Source: Alphaproteobacteria bacterium
Lineage (GTDB): Bacteria > Pseudomonadota > Alphaproteobacteria > MPNO01 > UBA830
Reading direction: 5' to 3'
NCBI GenBank assembly: GCA_965243135.1
Contig: OZ251539.1
Location: 2,592,001-2,656,000, forward strand
Length of the DNA: 64,000 bases
This document shows, in pieces, positions 49,066-59,103 of this stretch. How positions within the stretch are numbered: the stretch's first letter is position 1; each line of letters opens with the position of its first letter. A model generated the notes under the pieces. The model saw only the letters and a list, made by a program, of their open reading frames with translations, searched no databases and was not told where the DNA came from. Both the position numbers and the translations under genes were made by a program.

Positions 49066-52007
49066 TCGCCGCCGCCTCCGGCCGCCCATTCCTGAATCCG
49101 TTCCAGATGTTCGTAGTCCGAATAGCGCGGCGCCTTCTCGGGGTCTGGCCGCGCCCGATATTCGGTGTCCGGCCTCTGGTAATATTCGAGCAGCGCCTTC
49201 ACGCCCTCGAAAGCGTCTTCCGCCAGTTGCCGCGGGTCGCCTCCCGCGTCGCGCACTTCTCCGGCGGGATCGCCGCCCGTAAGCCTCCAATACGACAGTT
49301 CGGCGACAGGTCCGGCAGGAATTCCTTCGAATGCGCCGCGCGCGACCATCGCCGCTTCGAGCGGAAGTTGGGGCGCCAGTCCCGCGTCGACATCCCTCTT
49401 GGAGGGAACGGCGCCGGTCTTGTAATCGATGATGGCGTACCCCCCGCCGACGAGCGCGTCGATCCGGTCGGCGCGCCCGCTCAGTTCGAACGGCGCGCCG
49501 GACCGGGCGATGACCAGATTGCCCTTCACCTCGGCATGACGCGCCCGGCTCGCCAGGCCGTTTTCCTGATCGACGATCCATCTCGCGATCCGTTCGAAGC
49601 GCGGCCACCAGAACGCCCGCACCCCGGGACGGTCGATCAAGGGCGCGAATTCCTCTCGACCTATCTCAAGGAAGCGCTCGAGCGCGTCGTCCGGAAGATC
49701 GTCCTCGACCTCCTTCAGGAAGCGGTCGATGGCGTCGTGAACGATCGTCCCCCGTTCGGCCGGGCCGGGAGCGAAGACGACGGGATCCAGGCGCCTTAGT
49801 CCGAGAACGCGCCGCGCGTAGACGGCGTAGGGATCGCGTTGCAGCGTCTCGATTTCGGTAACGGACAACCGGGCGGGGCGGGCGGGCACCGGCGGACGGG
49901 CGGCGGGCGGCTCCGGGGCGAGCTTGGGCTCGCGCTGATCGAGTTCAGCTTGGAGGCGCAACCATTTGTCGCGCGCGCCGTTCCAGCGGGCCAGGACGGC
50001 GCGGCCTTCCTCGGCCGACGACAACAGCGTCTCGATCCGGGCCAGCCACCGGGCCGGCACGGTGGGAGAACCGTCGACCCGGGTCGATCGCGTCATGACG
50101 ACTTCCGGAGCGGAAAATCCCTGCACGAAATCGTGCGCTGTCAGGCCGATGCGCCGTTCAGGAGGCGGCAGCCCGAACGCCGCCCGCATCGGGCGGCTCA
50201 TCCACGGATCCGGCGAGGATTCGGGAGGCCACGCTCCTTCGTTGAGGCCGCCCATGACGACGAGATCGGCCCGTTGAAGGCGGGCTTCCAGCAGGCCCCA
50301 GATGTTCAGGCGCGGATGGCGGCCGTAGACCGTGCGAACCACGATGCCTTCCATCAGAACCTCGAGCAGCGCGGGCCATTCGGGACCCGCGATTCGCAGC
50401 GTCGACTCGGCGCGCAGATCGTCGACGAATTCCGCGGCACGCGCGCCCTCCTCGTCCGCCCACAGCCGTTCCGCGCCCGTCCGCGAATCCGACGACGCCA
50501 GCGCTTCGGCGAAGGCGACGTGAGCTTCCAGCAGAACGCGAACCTCCACCTCCTCCGCGTCCGCGGCTTCCGCGAACGGCGCGATCGCGTCGGCCAGCCA
50601 ACGCGAAAGGTCGACCAGCTCGCCGGACGGATCTTTCTCGAGCGTCTCGACGGTCTCCCGCAGGCCGGCGAATCCCGGCTGCATCCGCCGTCCGCGGATC
50701 GCGGCCCGCTCCAGAAGCCGGACGAGCCTGCGAAACTCTCGGGGGTCCCTCGCTCCCGCCGCCAGCGGATGCTTCAGCAAGGCAAGCAGCGCCACCGGCC
50801 CCGCGTCGATCGCCCCGGCCGCCAGGCGAAGGAAGATTCCGGGGCTCGAATCCGCGAGCGGGATGCCGCCCGAATCATCAATCTCGACGTCCCAACGCTG
50901 CAGTTCCGCGGCGACGCGGCGCGCCAGCCGCCGGTCCGGCGTGACGAGAGCCGCTGTCTTTTCGGGGGTCTCCACGGCCTCGCGAAGCAGAAGGGCGATC
51001 ACGAGCGCCTCCTGCTGCGGCCCCGGGCACTCGATCAGGCGCACGCCGTCGAAAGCGCGGGACGCTCCCTCCGGCAACGCGAAGCCAGCCGCCGTCGCGG
51101 CCGGGCGGAGTGCGTAGTTGACGAGTTCGAAGCGGTCGAGAGAGGCCGCCGCCTCCCAGTCCGGAATCTCCGCGAGGCCGACTCCCATCCGGTCCAGCAA
51201 GCGCACCATGCCGAACTGGGAGTGGCTATGCTCCAGCGCCTCGAGGCTTGCGCGATCGAGCGAGCGGTCGAGGCCCGGCAACACGACGGCGCCGTTCTGC
51301 ATTGCCGCGACGCAGACGAGCAGGTCGGCCGTCGCCGGGAGGCTGCCGGTGGATCCCGCGGCAATGACCGGCCCGTCGGACGGCCGCTCGTTCCACCTTG
51401 CGATCTGCGCCTCGATCAGCCGATTGCGGCGGTCGGCATGATCGGCGCCTCCCTGTTCCTGCAGAATGGAGGGCCAGTGTTCCGTCACGATCCGCAGGAA
51501 AGAAAGCGTTTGCTGCCAATGCTCCGCATACTGGTCGGGCACGATGTTCTCCAGATCGGAAAACGAGACCCGGGCCGTCTGCGCCTCGTCCAGCAAGCGC
51601 GCGAGCCCGCGGGCGAGTCGCGCGGCATGGGCGGGGCCGGGCATATCGCCCCGCGCCATGACCATTTGCGCCAGGAGGAGTGCGCGCCGGAGGGGCGATA
51701 TGGCGGGCGGCAACTCCGCGGCGCCGAAGCCCGGGAACTCGGCCGCGAGAAATTCGTCCTCGTCGATCTCGCCGATCGGCGACATCGACGGCAGCAGCAT
51801 CGGCGCGCCCCCGGTCACCCTGAGAAATGCCTCCCCGAGCGCGCGGCAGGCGCGGCGGGTAGGCAGCAGGATCCGCATGTCCGCGATCGCCGCCGAATCG
51901 TAACGGCGGAGAATTCCACGGGCGAGGGTGTCGACGAAACCCTCTCCGCCGGCGATTGTATAGACGTTCGCCGCAAGCGGCGTCTCGGGCTGCGTCGGGC
52001 GCGACAT
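49062..52007 (-). CDS. addB: Double-strand break repair protein AddB
   Basis: LPTRRA, AGSTGS, VTPDRRLARRV, DPYAVYA, GRADRID..IDYKTG. Confidence 0.95.
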   Translation of the reverse strand: MSRPTQPETPLAANVYTIAGGEGFVDTLARGILRRYDSAAIADMRILLPTRRACRALGEAFLRVTGGAPMLLPSMSPIGEIDEDEFLAAEFPGFGAAELPPAISPLRRALLLAQMVMARGDMPGPAHAARLARGLARLLDEAQTARVSFSDLENIVPDQYAEHWQQTLSFLRIVTEHWPSILQEQGGADHADRRNRLIEAQIARWNERPSDGPVIAAGSTGSLPATADLLVCVAAMQNGAVVLPGLDRSLDRASLEALEHSHSQFGMVRLLDRMGVGLAEIPDWEAAASLDRFELVNYALRPAATAAGFALPEGASRAFDGVRLIECPGPQQEALVIALLLREAVETPEKTAALVTPDRRLARRVAAELQRWDVEIDDSGGIPLADSSPGIFLRLAAGAIDAGPVALLALLKHPLAAGARDPREFRRLVRLLERAAIRGRRMQPGFAGLRETVETLEKDPSGELVDLSRWLADAIAPFAEAADAEEVEVRVLLEAHVAFAEALASSDSRTGAERLWADEEGARAAEFVDDLRAESTLRIAGPEWPALLEVLMEGIVVRTVYGRHPRLNIWGLLEARLQRADLVVMGGLNEGAWPPESSPDPWMSRPMRAAFGLPPPERRIGLTAHDFVQGFSAPEVVMTRSTRVDGSPTVPARWLARIETLLSSAEEGRAVLARWNGARDKWLRLQAELDQREPKLAPEPPAARPPVPARPARLSVTEIETLQRDPYAVYARRVLGLRRLDPVVFAPGPAERGTIVHDAIDRFLKEVEDDLPDDALERFLEIGREEFAPLIDRPGVRAFWWPRFERIARWIVDQENGLASRARHAEVKGNLVIARSGAPFELSGRADRIDALVGGGYAIIDYKTGAVPSKRDVDAGLAPQLPLEAAMVARGAFEGIPAGPVAELSYWRLTGGDPAGEVRDAGGDPRQLAEDAFEGVKALLEYYQRPDTEYRARPDPEKAPRYSDYEHLERIQEWAAGGGGE

Positions 52008-52428
52008 GCGCTTTCCTGATACCGGCAGACGGAACCGCCTCATGCTCGAAAGAGGTCCCTTCGCCTGCAATTGGCGCTCGAAGATTCCATCATACACGGC
52101 AGGCCGCAGGTGTCAGCCAGGGAGTAAACCGGGGTCGGGCGGGATTTTTCGGAAGCGCCGCCGGGCGAACGAAGCGCCAGCCCCGCCGAACTCCGGCTTC
52201 GACGCCGGGAGGCCGGCGTCGCGGATTTCCCGCGAAACCTCGTTCAAGCGGCGTTTACGCGCGGAGGAGGCGAAGTTTACGTCGCGGCCGGCGCCAGAGC
52301 CGGACGAAGGCGCGGCGTTCGCGCCGTGTTGCGTTTCCGGCGGACGCGCGTCGGAAAACCCGAGGAAGCGCGCCCGCCGAGGCCGCGTTGGCGAAGTCCT
52401 CCTCCGCCTCGCGTTCCGCGCGACCGGG

Positions 52429-53540
52429 TCATCCTGCTGTGCCCGCGCCTTCGAAAGAGGGGCGACCGCCAAAATGGTTCTTCTCCCATAGTTCGCCAAG
52501 ACTATGATCGGTCAACCATTCCTCCAGCTCTTCGGATTTCAGCCTGCGAAGCTCCGTCCGTCCATCTACGCGTTCCGCCACGAGCACGTCTTCCGGGCCG
52601 AAACGATCCAGAAGCCGCGAGGATTGGGTGGCGAATACGATCGTCAACGGAAGCCTGCTTGACGAGCGACGAAAAATTCGAGAGCGCAAAGGGATGCAGC
52701 CCCAACTCCGGTTCGTCCATGAGGATGACCGAAGGCCGGAGCGATTTCGGCTGGAGCAGCAGCGTCGCCAGCGCGATGAACCGAAGAGAACCGTCCGAAA
52801 GGGACGAGGCGTCAAAATATGCCTCCGTTCCTCGATGTTTCCACTCCAAGCGAATCTTGTCCTGGGCCGTCGGCTCAAGCATGAAATCGTCGAAAAACGG
52901 CGCCACCAAACGGACGATACGCTGAATAAGGCTATACGATTCCTCGTGCGTCTGACGCAGAAAATACAGAAACGCCGCCAGATTGGAGCCGTCGGAGCGC
53001 AGATAGAGATTGTCGTTTACATCGACCGCCTTCTTCATTGGCGACGCCGGGCCGGTGTCGTGAAAATGGTAGCGGCGCCAACGACCCAGATGTTCCCGAA
53101 CGTGTTGAGAGATCCCCTTGTTATCGGGATTGCTGATACCCGCTTCGCCGTCCCGCCCCGAAAGCCTGTTCTCATCAGGGCGGGGATGTTTCTTGTTCCG
53201 GAAGTACGCGAATTCCTCCGACGGAAAGAGCCCGTCGCCGTCATCCGCCGTCAGATTGATTGCATACTGCTTCACCTGATCGTCGAATGAAACGTGAATC
53301 TTCATGCTGGAAGTCGTTCGCGCACCGAGATGCAAAACCCGGTCGGCACCGCCGGCCTTTCCAACGTAGCGCCGAAGCTCGCCCGACCTTATTGCTTGGA
53401 GAAACGAAAAGGCTTCAATGAAGTTTGATTTCCCCGATCCGTTGGCGCCTAATCAATATATTGATCGGGCCAAGCGACTGCTTCTCGATGGAAGCGATGC
53501 TCTTGAAGCCTTTGGCGGTGATCCAGTCCAACGTCGCCAT
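52429..53540 (-). pseudogene. AAA_21/AAA_15-type (ABC-like) ATPase, frameshifted
   Basis: KGFKSI...INILI/GANGSGKSNF (frameshift ~53450), LSDGSLRF, MDEPELGLHP, frameshift ~52635 into ATQS...SLGELWEKN. Confidence 0.85.
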
Positions 53541-53794
53541 AATTCCAGAAACCTCGCTTCTCGCTTCCGATGTAGTCGATCTATCCAAGCCTTATATAGG
53601 GTTTGTTTCGACGCAATTTTTGCCTAAATAGACCACAAAAATATCCGTCGTTACTTACCAAAAAAAGCCAAAAAACTCGCCATCATCATCGGGATATACC
53701 ACAGTTTTTTCACCCTATTTCCGGTTTCATAACCAAGAATTATATATCAACGATCTGTTGCTAAAGACGTTCATATAGATGTAGAAACTGGCGT

Positions 53795-55663
53795 TCATGC
53801 GGCGGCTTCCAATTCAGCGATCTCGTCGTCTCCGATCTCGACATCGCGCTCCTCTTCATCAGTTCCGGGCTCCGCAACAACCGGTTTGTCCATCGCTTCG
53901 GCAACGATTTCTGACAGCTCCTGTATGCGAGCTTTGAAGAAGGCTTCGAAGTCATCTTTGCGCAGGTGCTCCGGTTCGATGAGATGAGAACGGAGAATGT
54001 CGTCCAGCGCAGCGGACGATACGTTTTCCTGTTGCTCAATGCGCTTGAGGTATATAGAGGGTGCATCCCCACCGATCGAGCTATTCGATGCCCTGGATAA
54101 CGGGGTCTTGTTGATGATGGAGTTGAAGTCAGCAGGTGGAATGTCGTGCCTCTTGCACCATGCCTGTGGAAAGATGTGGTGAATATCTATCTGGTCGTTG
54201 AAGAAGGTCATGATATCCGTGGGCCGACTCGTCTTGAAGTCGAGGCAGCCGCGGCGCATCAGCAACGCGTGAATGCCCTTGTATGCCGCAGAGAGGCGGA
54301 TGCGGAGCGAACGAAAGCGTTCCTGCTGGAACACCGCCTCATCAAGTGCGCGAGGCTTGGGGCCCTGATCCCTGATCCAATCCACGAGTTCGGGAACGTC
54401 TCTGGCGAGACGAGACTCGGTGCTGGAGCCGAAGAGCTCGCCAAGGGTGACCGACCAGAACCAACGGGCGATCTTTTCCTTTGCCGTTATAGTTTGAGCC
54501 TCTTTGCCAAGGATAGCGAAGATTGAAGCGAGGCCGACTATCAGGGGCGGATACGGTACATCTTTGTGCCAGATAATCTTGTGCTCGTTGAGAAAGATAG
54601 CAGCCTCGATAAATCCGGCCTCAACGGCGTCCGAGTGAGTTTGGTATCCGTCAAGCGGAAGCGCCAACAACGCATCGCGCTTGCAGCTGATCTGCGGAAG
54701 TTCCCTCCCCTCGACCCCATCATCAACGCAGGCAAGGCGGCGTTGCCTTGTGTGAAGCAGTGTACAGGCTTGGAGGAAGTCAGTGCTTGCCACTCGCGAA
54801 AGTACATCACGCGGATACGGAGAGCCAATGATCCGTTCTTTTCGTCCATCACGGGACTTGTCCGCAAGGCCGTTCCAGTCGCGTCGGAGGTCAAAGTTGT
54901 CCGCAGCGAAGATCGCGGTCAGGAGTTCGAACGCATCAAGCTTCTTACCGCCGACGTTGACCTTCTCGAAGACCAGACAGATCGCTTCCCGGCCGTTTTC
55001 TCGGTCGAGCTGTATGAGCGGCATTTCGTACCGTGCAATTCGATCGAGGATGTCTTGGTGGAATTTTTTCTCAAGTTCATAAACGTCCTCTTTTCTCTCC
55101 CTCCAGTAATCCCGCCATCCATAGAACCAATCTCTATCATCAAAAGTTTTATTCAACGGAAACATGTGCTGCTCATATTCCTTCTCCGGCATGGATAGAT
55201 CGAGATCAATTATACGCCCGAACTGCTTTCGCTGCATCCGATCCGCAGGTACGCCAATGACCGCGTCTTCGATATCCGCGCCGATTCTCAACGCCTTCTT
55301 GATATCCAAATAGTAAAACCGACTCACCTCGGTTCCGCGGGGGCTTCGCGTTCGAACGGGTTGGTCGGCGAAAACGGACTGGTAGAGTGACGTGATTCGC
55401 TGCTGGCCATCAAGCAACAATTCCTCCGGATTAGTATTCTGGGACGGTACGCCAGCGAGAAGACGGGGCTTGAACCGAACCTCGCCTCCAGTCTGGAGTG
55501 TCAACAACGCCCCGACTGGGAAGCCTTTAGCCACGGAGGCGATCAAGCTGCGCACATCCTCGTCTCCCCAAACGTAGTCCCTCTGAAAATCAGGAAGCTG
55601 AAGACGACCTTTATGGGCGCGCCGGAGGAGATCCTTGAGACCCTTCTTCGTGCTATCAAACAT
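53795..55663 (-). CDS. GmrSD-family type IV restriction endonuclease (DUF262 + DUF1524/HNH)
   Basis: LPDFQRDYVW, LDGQQRITS, FEKVNVGG, DIHHIFP...IINKTPL...N. Confidence 0.9.
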   Translation of the reverse strand: MFDSTKKGLKDLLRRAHKGRLQLPDFQRDYVWGDEDVRSLIASVAKGFPVGALLTLQTGGEVRFKPRLLAGVPSQNTNPEELLLDGQQRITSLYQSVFADQPVRTRSPRGTEVSRFYYLDIKKALRIGADIEDAVIGVPADRMQRKQFGRIIDLDLSMPEKEYEQHMFPLNKTFDDRDWFYGWRDYWRERKEDVYELEKKFHQDILDRIARYEMPLIQLDRENGREAICLVFEKVNVGGKKLDAFELLTAIFAADNFDLRRDWNGLADKSRDGRKERIIGSPYPRDVLSRVASTDFLQACTLLHTRQRRLACVDDGVEGRELPQISCKRDALLALPLDGYQTHSDAVEAGFIEAAIFLNEHKIIWHKDVPYPPLIVGLASIFAILGKEAQTITAKEKIARWFWSVTLGELFGSSTESRLARDVPELVDWIRDQGPKPRALDEAVFQQERFRSLRIRLSAAYKGIHALLMRRGCLDFKTSRPTDIMTFFNDQIDIHHIFPQAWCKRHDIPPADFNSIINKTPLSRASNSSIGGDAPSIYLKRIEQQENVSSAALDDILRSHLIEPEHLRKDDFEAFFKARIQELSEIVAEAMDKPVVAEPGTDEEERDVEIGDDEIAELEAAA

Positions 55664-56002
55664 CAGGTTGCACTCCTTTCAGCAAGCCAAGGCTTGTCGA
55701 ATTTAGTCTCCATCTCGCAACAGGTCACGCGCAGGATCGAGCCTCTGTTCGCCCGCGTCCAGGCGATCGAGGAATGGAACGAGATCTCGAAATCGTTGGC
55801 TGAACCACGGCACCATTGTTCGTCTGAATTGAATAGCTATTTCGCTGCTAAAGCAAGTTAACGCTATGGGGGCGTTCGCGCTGTGCCGTTTTTCGTCGGC
55901 TGCCCGTCCGGCCGGCGGCAGTTGGCAGCACGAATTTCCGCGCAGCGAGCGGCAGCCGCAAGAGGGCTGGCCGGCGAACCCCGGCGTCGAAGCGGAGTGC
56001 CG

Positions 56003-56419
56003 CTATTCCGCCGCCTCGGCCGGCGGCTCCTTCCGGTGCTCGACGAAAGTCTCGAGCAGGTCGAACTTGCCCTCGACGCGTGCCACGCGCTCGCTCAACT
56101 CCCGGAATTGCTCGTTCATCTGCCGGAATTGCTCGTTCATCTGATCGGTCAGCTGCCGGAACCGTTCGTTCGTCTGCCGGAATTGCTCGTTCATCTGATC
56201 GGTCAGCTGCCGGAACCGTTCGTTCGTTTGGTCAGCCAACTGCCCGAGCCGGTCATCCGTCCGCCGGTCCCGTTCGTCCATGCGCAGGGCAAGGGCGTCG
56301 ATCCGGCGGTCGAGCCGGCGGCCCTGCTGAAGAACCAGCCTGATAACGGCGATGCCGCCGCCAAGCATGGTGGCGCCGACGCCGAGAATGGCGATGAGTT
56401 CGGAAGAGAACTGTTCCAT
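56003..56419 (-). CDS. Small membrane-anchored coiled-coil repeat protein
   Basis: N-terminal TM helix, then TNERFRQLTDQMNEQFRQ repeats and ERVARVEG. Confidence 0.75.
   Translation of the reverse strand: MEQFSSELIAILGVGATMLGGGIAVIRLVLQQGRRLDRRIDALALRMDERDRRTDDRLGQLADQTNERFRQLTDQMNEQFRQTNERFRQLTDQMNEQFRQMNEQFRELSERVARVEGKFDLLETFVEHRKEPPAEAAE
56102..56228. repeat. Intragenic tandem repeats (21- and 33-bp units forming a duplicated 54-bp block)
   Basis: CCGGAATTGCTCGTTCATCTG x3 and ATCGGTCAGCTGCCGGAACCGTTCGTTCGT x2. Confidence 0.9.
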
Positions 56420-56922
56420 AAGATGCTCCCGCGAATTCGGAAAGACGAACGTATGCGAAATGTTCGCGCCGCGCAACATTCCTGTCGGCCGCCGTTCGGT
56501 CGGCGGCGTGGCGCGAATTTCCGCGCCGTCCCCCCGTCCGCTGCGCCGAAGCCGGGGGAAAGCCGGACAACGTCTCGACCCCCGGAACTCCGAAGCACGG
56601 CCAGCCGCCGCAGGACCGCGACCTTGCGTCCCTTGAGAAGAAGACCGGCTTTCTCCGCACGCGACGCCGCCTCGACCTTGCGGCGCAGGGGAGATTCGTT
56701 CCGCGTTCGGCCTTTCGTCGACGGTCTGGGCGGACGGCGACGGAATCCCGGAGAATTCTCCGCCGAAGCTTGCCATCCTCGCGGACGACGCAGAGCGGCG
56801 GTTCTCCGCAGCATGTTCTTCGCCCCGCGTCGGACCGCCTCGGCGCGCCGATCTGGAAGCGCGGAGCGGCATTTCCGCCGAAGAAAAGTGAGAGGGCGGC
56901 TCCGAAGCTGGAAACGAGCCCA

Positions 56923-57639
56923 TCAGCTCGCTCGCTCGCCTATCTCCCTTTCGGCCTGAGAAAGCGCGGCGGGCGTGCCGACATGATGCCAGCCGCCGTC
57001 ATGGGCGAGTCCGAACAGACGACCGGCGGCGGCGGCGCGATCCCACAAGACGTTTATGGAATAGGCGCCGCCCGGCGCGCCATCGAACAACCGCGGGTGA
57101 ACGATCTGGACGCCCGAAAAAACGAACGGCGCGGCGCCGCCCGGCGCGCGCCGCGCAAGTCTTCCGGAAACGTCCATCGAGAAGTCCCCCGTACCGTCGT
57201 ACCCGCTCGCCCGTCCGACGGGCACCGCCAGCAGAAGCGCGTCCATGTCTTTCTCGCGCCACGCTTCCCCAAGCCGGACAAGCGCCGGAACCGGACCGTC
57301 GGTCCAGACGACGTCCGCGTTGACGACGAAGAACGGCCGCCCGCCGAATCGCTCCAGGGCCGCGGCGATGCCGCCGCCCGTCTCGAGCAGAACCTCCTCC
57401 CTCGACAACGCGATGTCTGGCCGGACGCGAGCGGCCAGATGCGCCTCCACCTGTTCCGCCAGCCAGTGGACATTGACGACAGCGGCGGTCACTCCGGCGT
57501 CCGCCAAACTGTCGAGCGCGCGGTCCAGCATCGTTCTGCCGGCGACCGCGATCAGCGGCTTGGGCGTCCGTTCGGTAAGCGGCTTCATGCGGCGGCCGAG
57601 ACCGGCCGCCAGAACCATCGCGCGATCAAGCCGCTTCAT
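56923..57639 (-). CDS. murU: MurU-like nucleotidyltransferase
   Basis: AMVLAAGLGRRMKPLT..PKPL, LETGGG, VVNAD; downstream of amgK. Confidence 0.88.
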   Translation of the reverse strand: MKRLDRAMVLAAGLGRRMKPLTERTPKPLIAVAGRTMLDRALDSLADAGVTAAVVNVHWLAEQVEAHLAARVRPDIALSREEVLLETGGGIAAALERFGGRPFFVVNADVVWTDGPVPALVRLGEAWREKDMDALLLAVPVGRASGYDGTGDFSMDVSGRLARRAPGGAAPFVFSGVQIVHPRLFDGAPGGAYSINVLWDRAAAAGRLFGLAHDGGWHHVGTPAALSQAEREIGERAS

Positions 57640-58622
57640 GGCGTCATTCCGCGATCCGCCGACGCGTGGCGGGCGAGCCAGTCGCGCAGCGAATCGAGCG
57701 CGGGGTGGACGAGCGCGGCTTCGAGCAGCCGCCGCAACCGCGGAACGTGGACGAGATATCCCCCCTTGCCGTCGCGGTCACGGAGGCGGGTGAATATGCC
57801 GAGCACCTTGCAGTGCCGCTGCGCTCCGAGAACGGCGCACGAAAGGTCGAACGCGGCGGCATCGAGATCCGGAAACGCCGACAGATAGCGCTCCCTCGCC
57901 GCCGCCTTGACCTTCGGCGCCACGTCGCGGCGGGCGTCCTCGACGAGCGACACGAAGTCGTAGCTCGCCGGTCCCGCGACCGCGTCCTGGAAATCCAGCA
58001 GGCCGCAGGCCGCCGCCCCGCTCCTTCCCTCAAGCGACATCAGGTTGTCGACGTGAAAATCCCGCAACACGAGCGCCTCCGGCACGCGCCGGGCTTCCGG
58101 CAGCAACGCCCTCCAGATTCGCAGGTATTCGTCCACGGCGGCGTCCGGCACCGGCCGTCCCGTCGCCGCAGGCAGGTACCAGTCGGTAAAGTGTCCGGCC
58201 TCCTCCAGCAACAAATCGTCGGTATAGCGCGGCACGTCGGCAGGCGCGGCCCGGCCATGCAAACGGATCAACACGTCGACCGCCAGCGCGTAGAGTTCGC
58301 CGGGGTCGGCGCCGCCGTCCAGCATCCGGGCGAACGTCCGATCCCCAAAATCCTCCAGCAACGCGAAGCCGTTCTTCGCGTCCGCCGCCAGGATCGCGGG
58401 CGCGCTGAAGCCGCCAGCGCGAAGCAGGCGGGCGATGCGGAGGAAAGGGCGAACGTCCTCCCGATCCGGCGGCGCGTCCATCAGGACGGCGCGGCGGTCG
58501 CGGAGGCTGAGCCTGTCGTAGCGCCGGAACGACGCGTCGGCGGCGAGAGGCTCGCGCCGCGACTCCGCCCAACCCGACGCCGCGAGGAAAGCGCCGATCG
58601 CGTCTTCGCGTCTCCTATCCAT
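57636..58622 (-). CDS. amgK: AmgK-like phosphotransferase (APH family)
   Basis: LAADASFRRY, LEDFG, LRDFHVDNL, LDFQDA. Confidence 0.88.
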   Translation of the reverse strand: MDRRREDAIGAFLAASGWAESRREPLAADASFRRYDRLSLRDRRAVLMDAPPDREDVRPFLRIARLLRAGGFSAPAILAADAKNGFALLEDFGDRTFARMLDGGADPGELYALAVDVLIRLHGRAAPADVPRYTDDLLLEEAGHFTDWYLPAATGRPVPDAAVDEYLRIWRALLPEARRVPEALVLRDFHVDNLMSLEGRSGAAACGLLDFQDAVAGPASYDFVSLVEDARRDVAPKVKAAARERYLSAFPDLDAAAFDLSCAVLGAQRHCKVLGIFTRLRDRDGKGGYLVHVPRLRRLLEAALVHPALDSLRDWLARHASADRGMTP

Positions 58623-59103
58623 GCCGTAGGCCTGCAATGCGGGCGACGCGTTCGTTTTCGCTCGCGCCGAACTCCAGCCGGACGCGCATGCAGGCGGCGG
58701 GAAGCAGGCTTTCGATCCTCTCCGCCCACTCCACCACGCAGATCCCTTCGAGAAACGCATCCTCGATCGCCAGTTCGATCGCCTCGCCGGCCGACGACAG
58801 TCTGTAAAGGTCGTAGTGATGAACCGCGAAGTCCGGCAACTCGTACGGCTGCACGAGCGTATAGGTGGGACTCGGCACCTCGCCGATTTCGCGACCGAAA
58901 GCCGCGCCGAGCGCCCGGATCAGCGCCCGGGCGAAGACCGTCTTCCCGGAACCGAGATCGCCGAACAGCGCGACCACGTCGCCGCGCCCCAAGGTGCCGG
59001 CGATATCCGCGGCGAGCGCTTCCGTCGCCTGCGGACCGTCGAGGACGACCGTCAGGGCGCCGTCAGTACCGGTAGTAATCGGGCTTGAACGGACCGGCGG
59101 CAT
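58615..59103 (-). CDS. tsaE: t6A biosynthesis ATPase TsaE
   Basis: [28 protein letters not shown]; start codon uncertain. Confidence 0.92.
   Translation of the reverse strand: MPPVRSSPITTGTDGALTVVLDGPQATEALAADIAGTLGRGDVVALFGDLGSGKTVFARALIRALGAAFGREIGEVPSPTYTLVQPYELPDFAVHHYDLYRLSSAGEAIELAIEDAFLEGICVVEWAERIESLLPAACMRVRLEFGASENERVARIAGLRHG

Noticed and set aside
55690-55861. HsdS C-terminal remnant (RIEPLFARVQAIEE...SLAE)
   Set aside because: Resemblance is short and weak, and it is on the strand opposite gmrSD; not supportable without a search.
56102-56228. CRISPR array
   Set aside because: The repeats are contiguous, codon-phased and intragenic, with no unique spacers and no cas genes; no CRISPR array was seen anywhere in the window.
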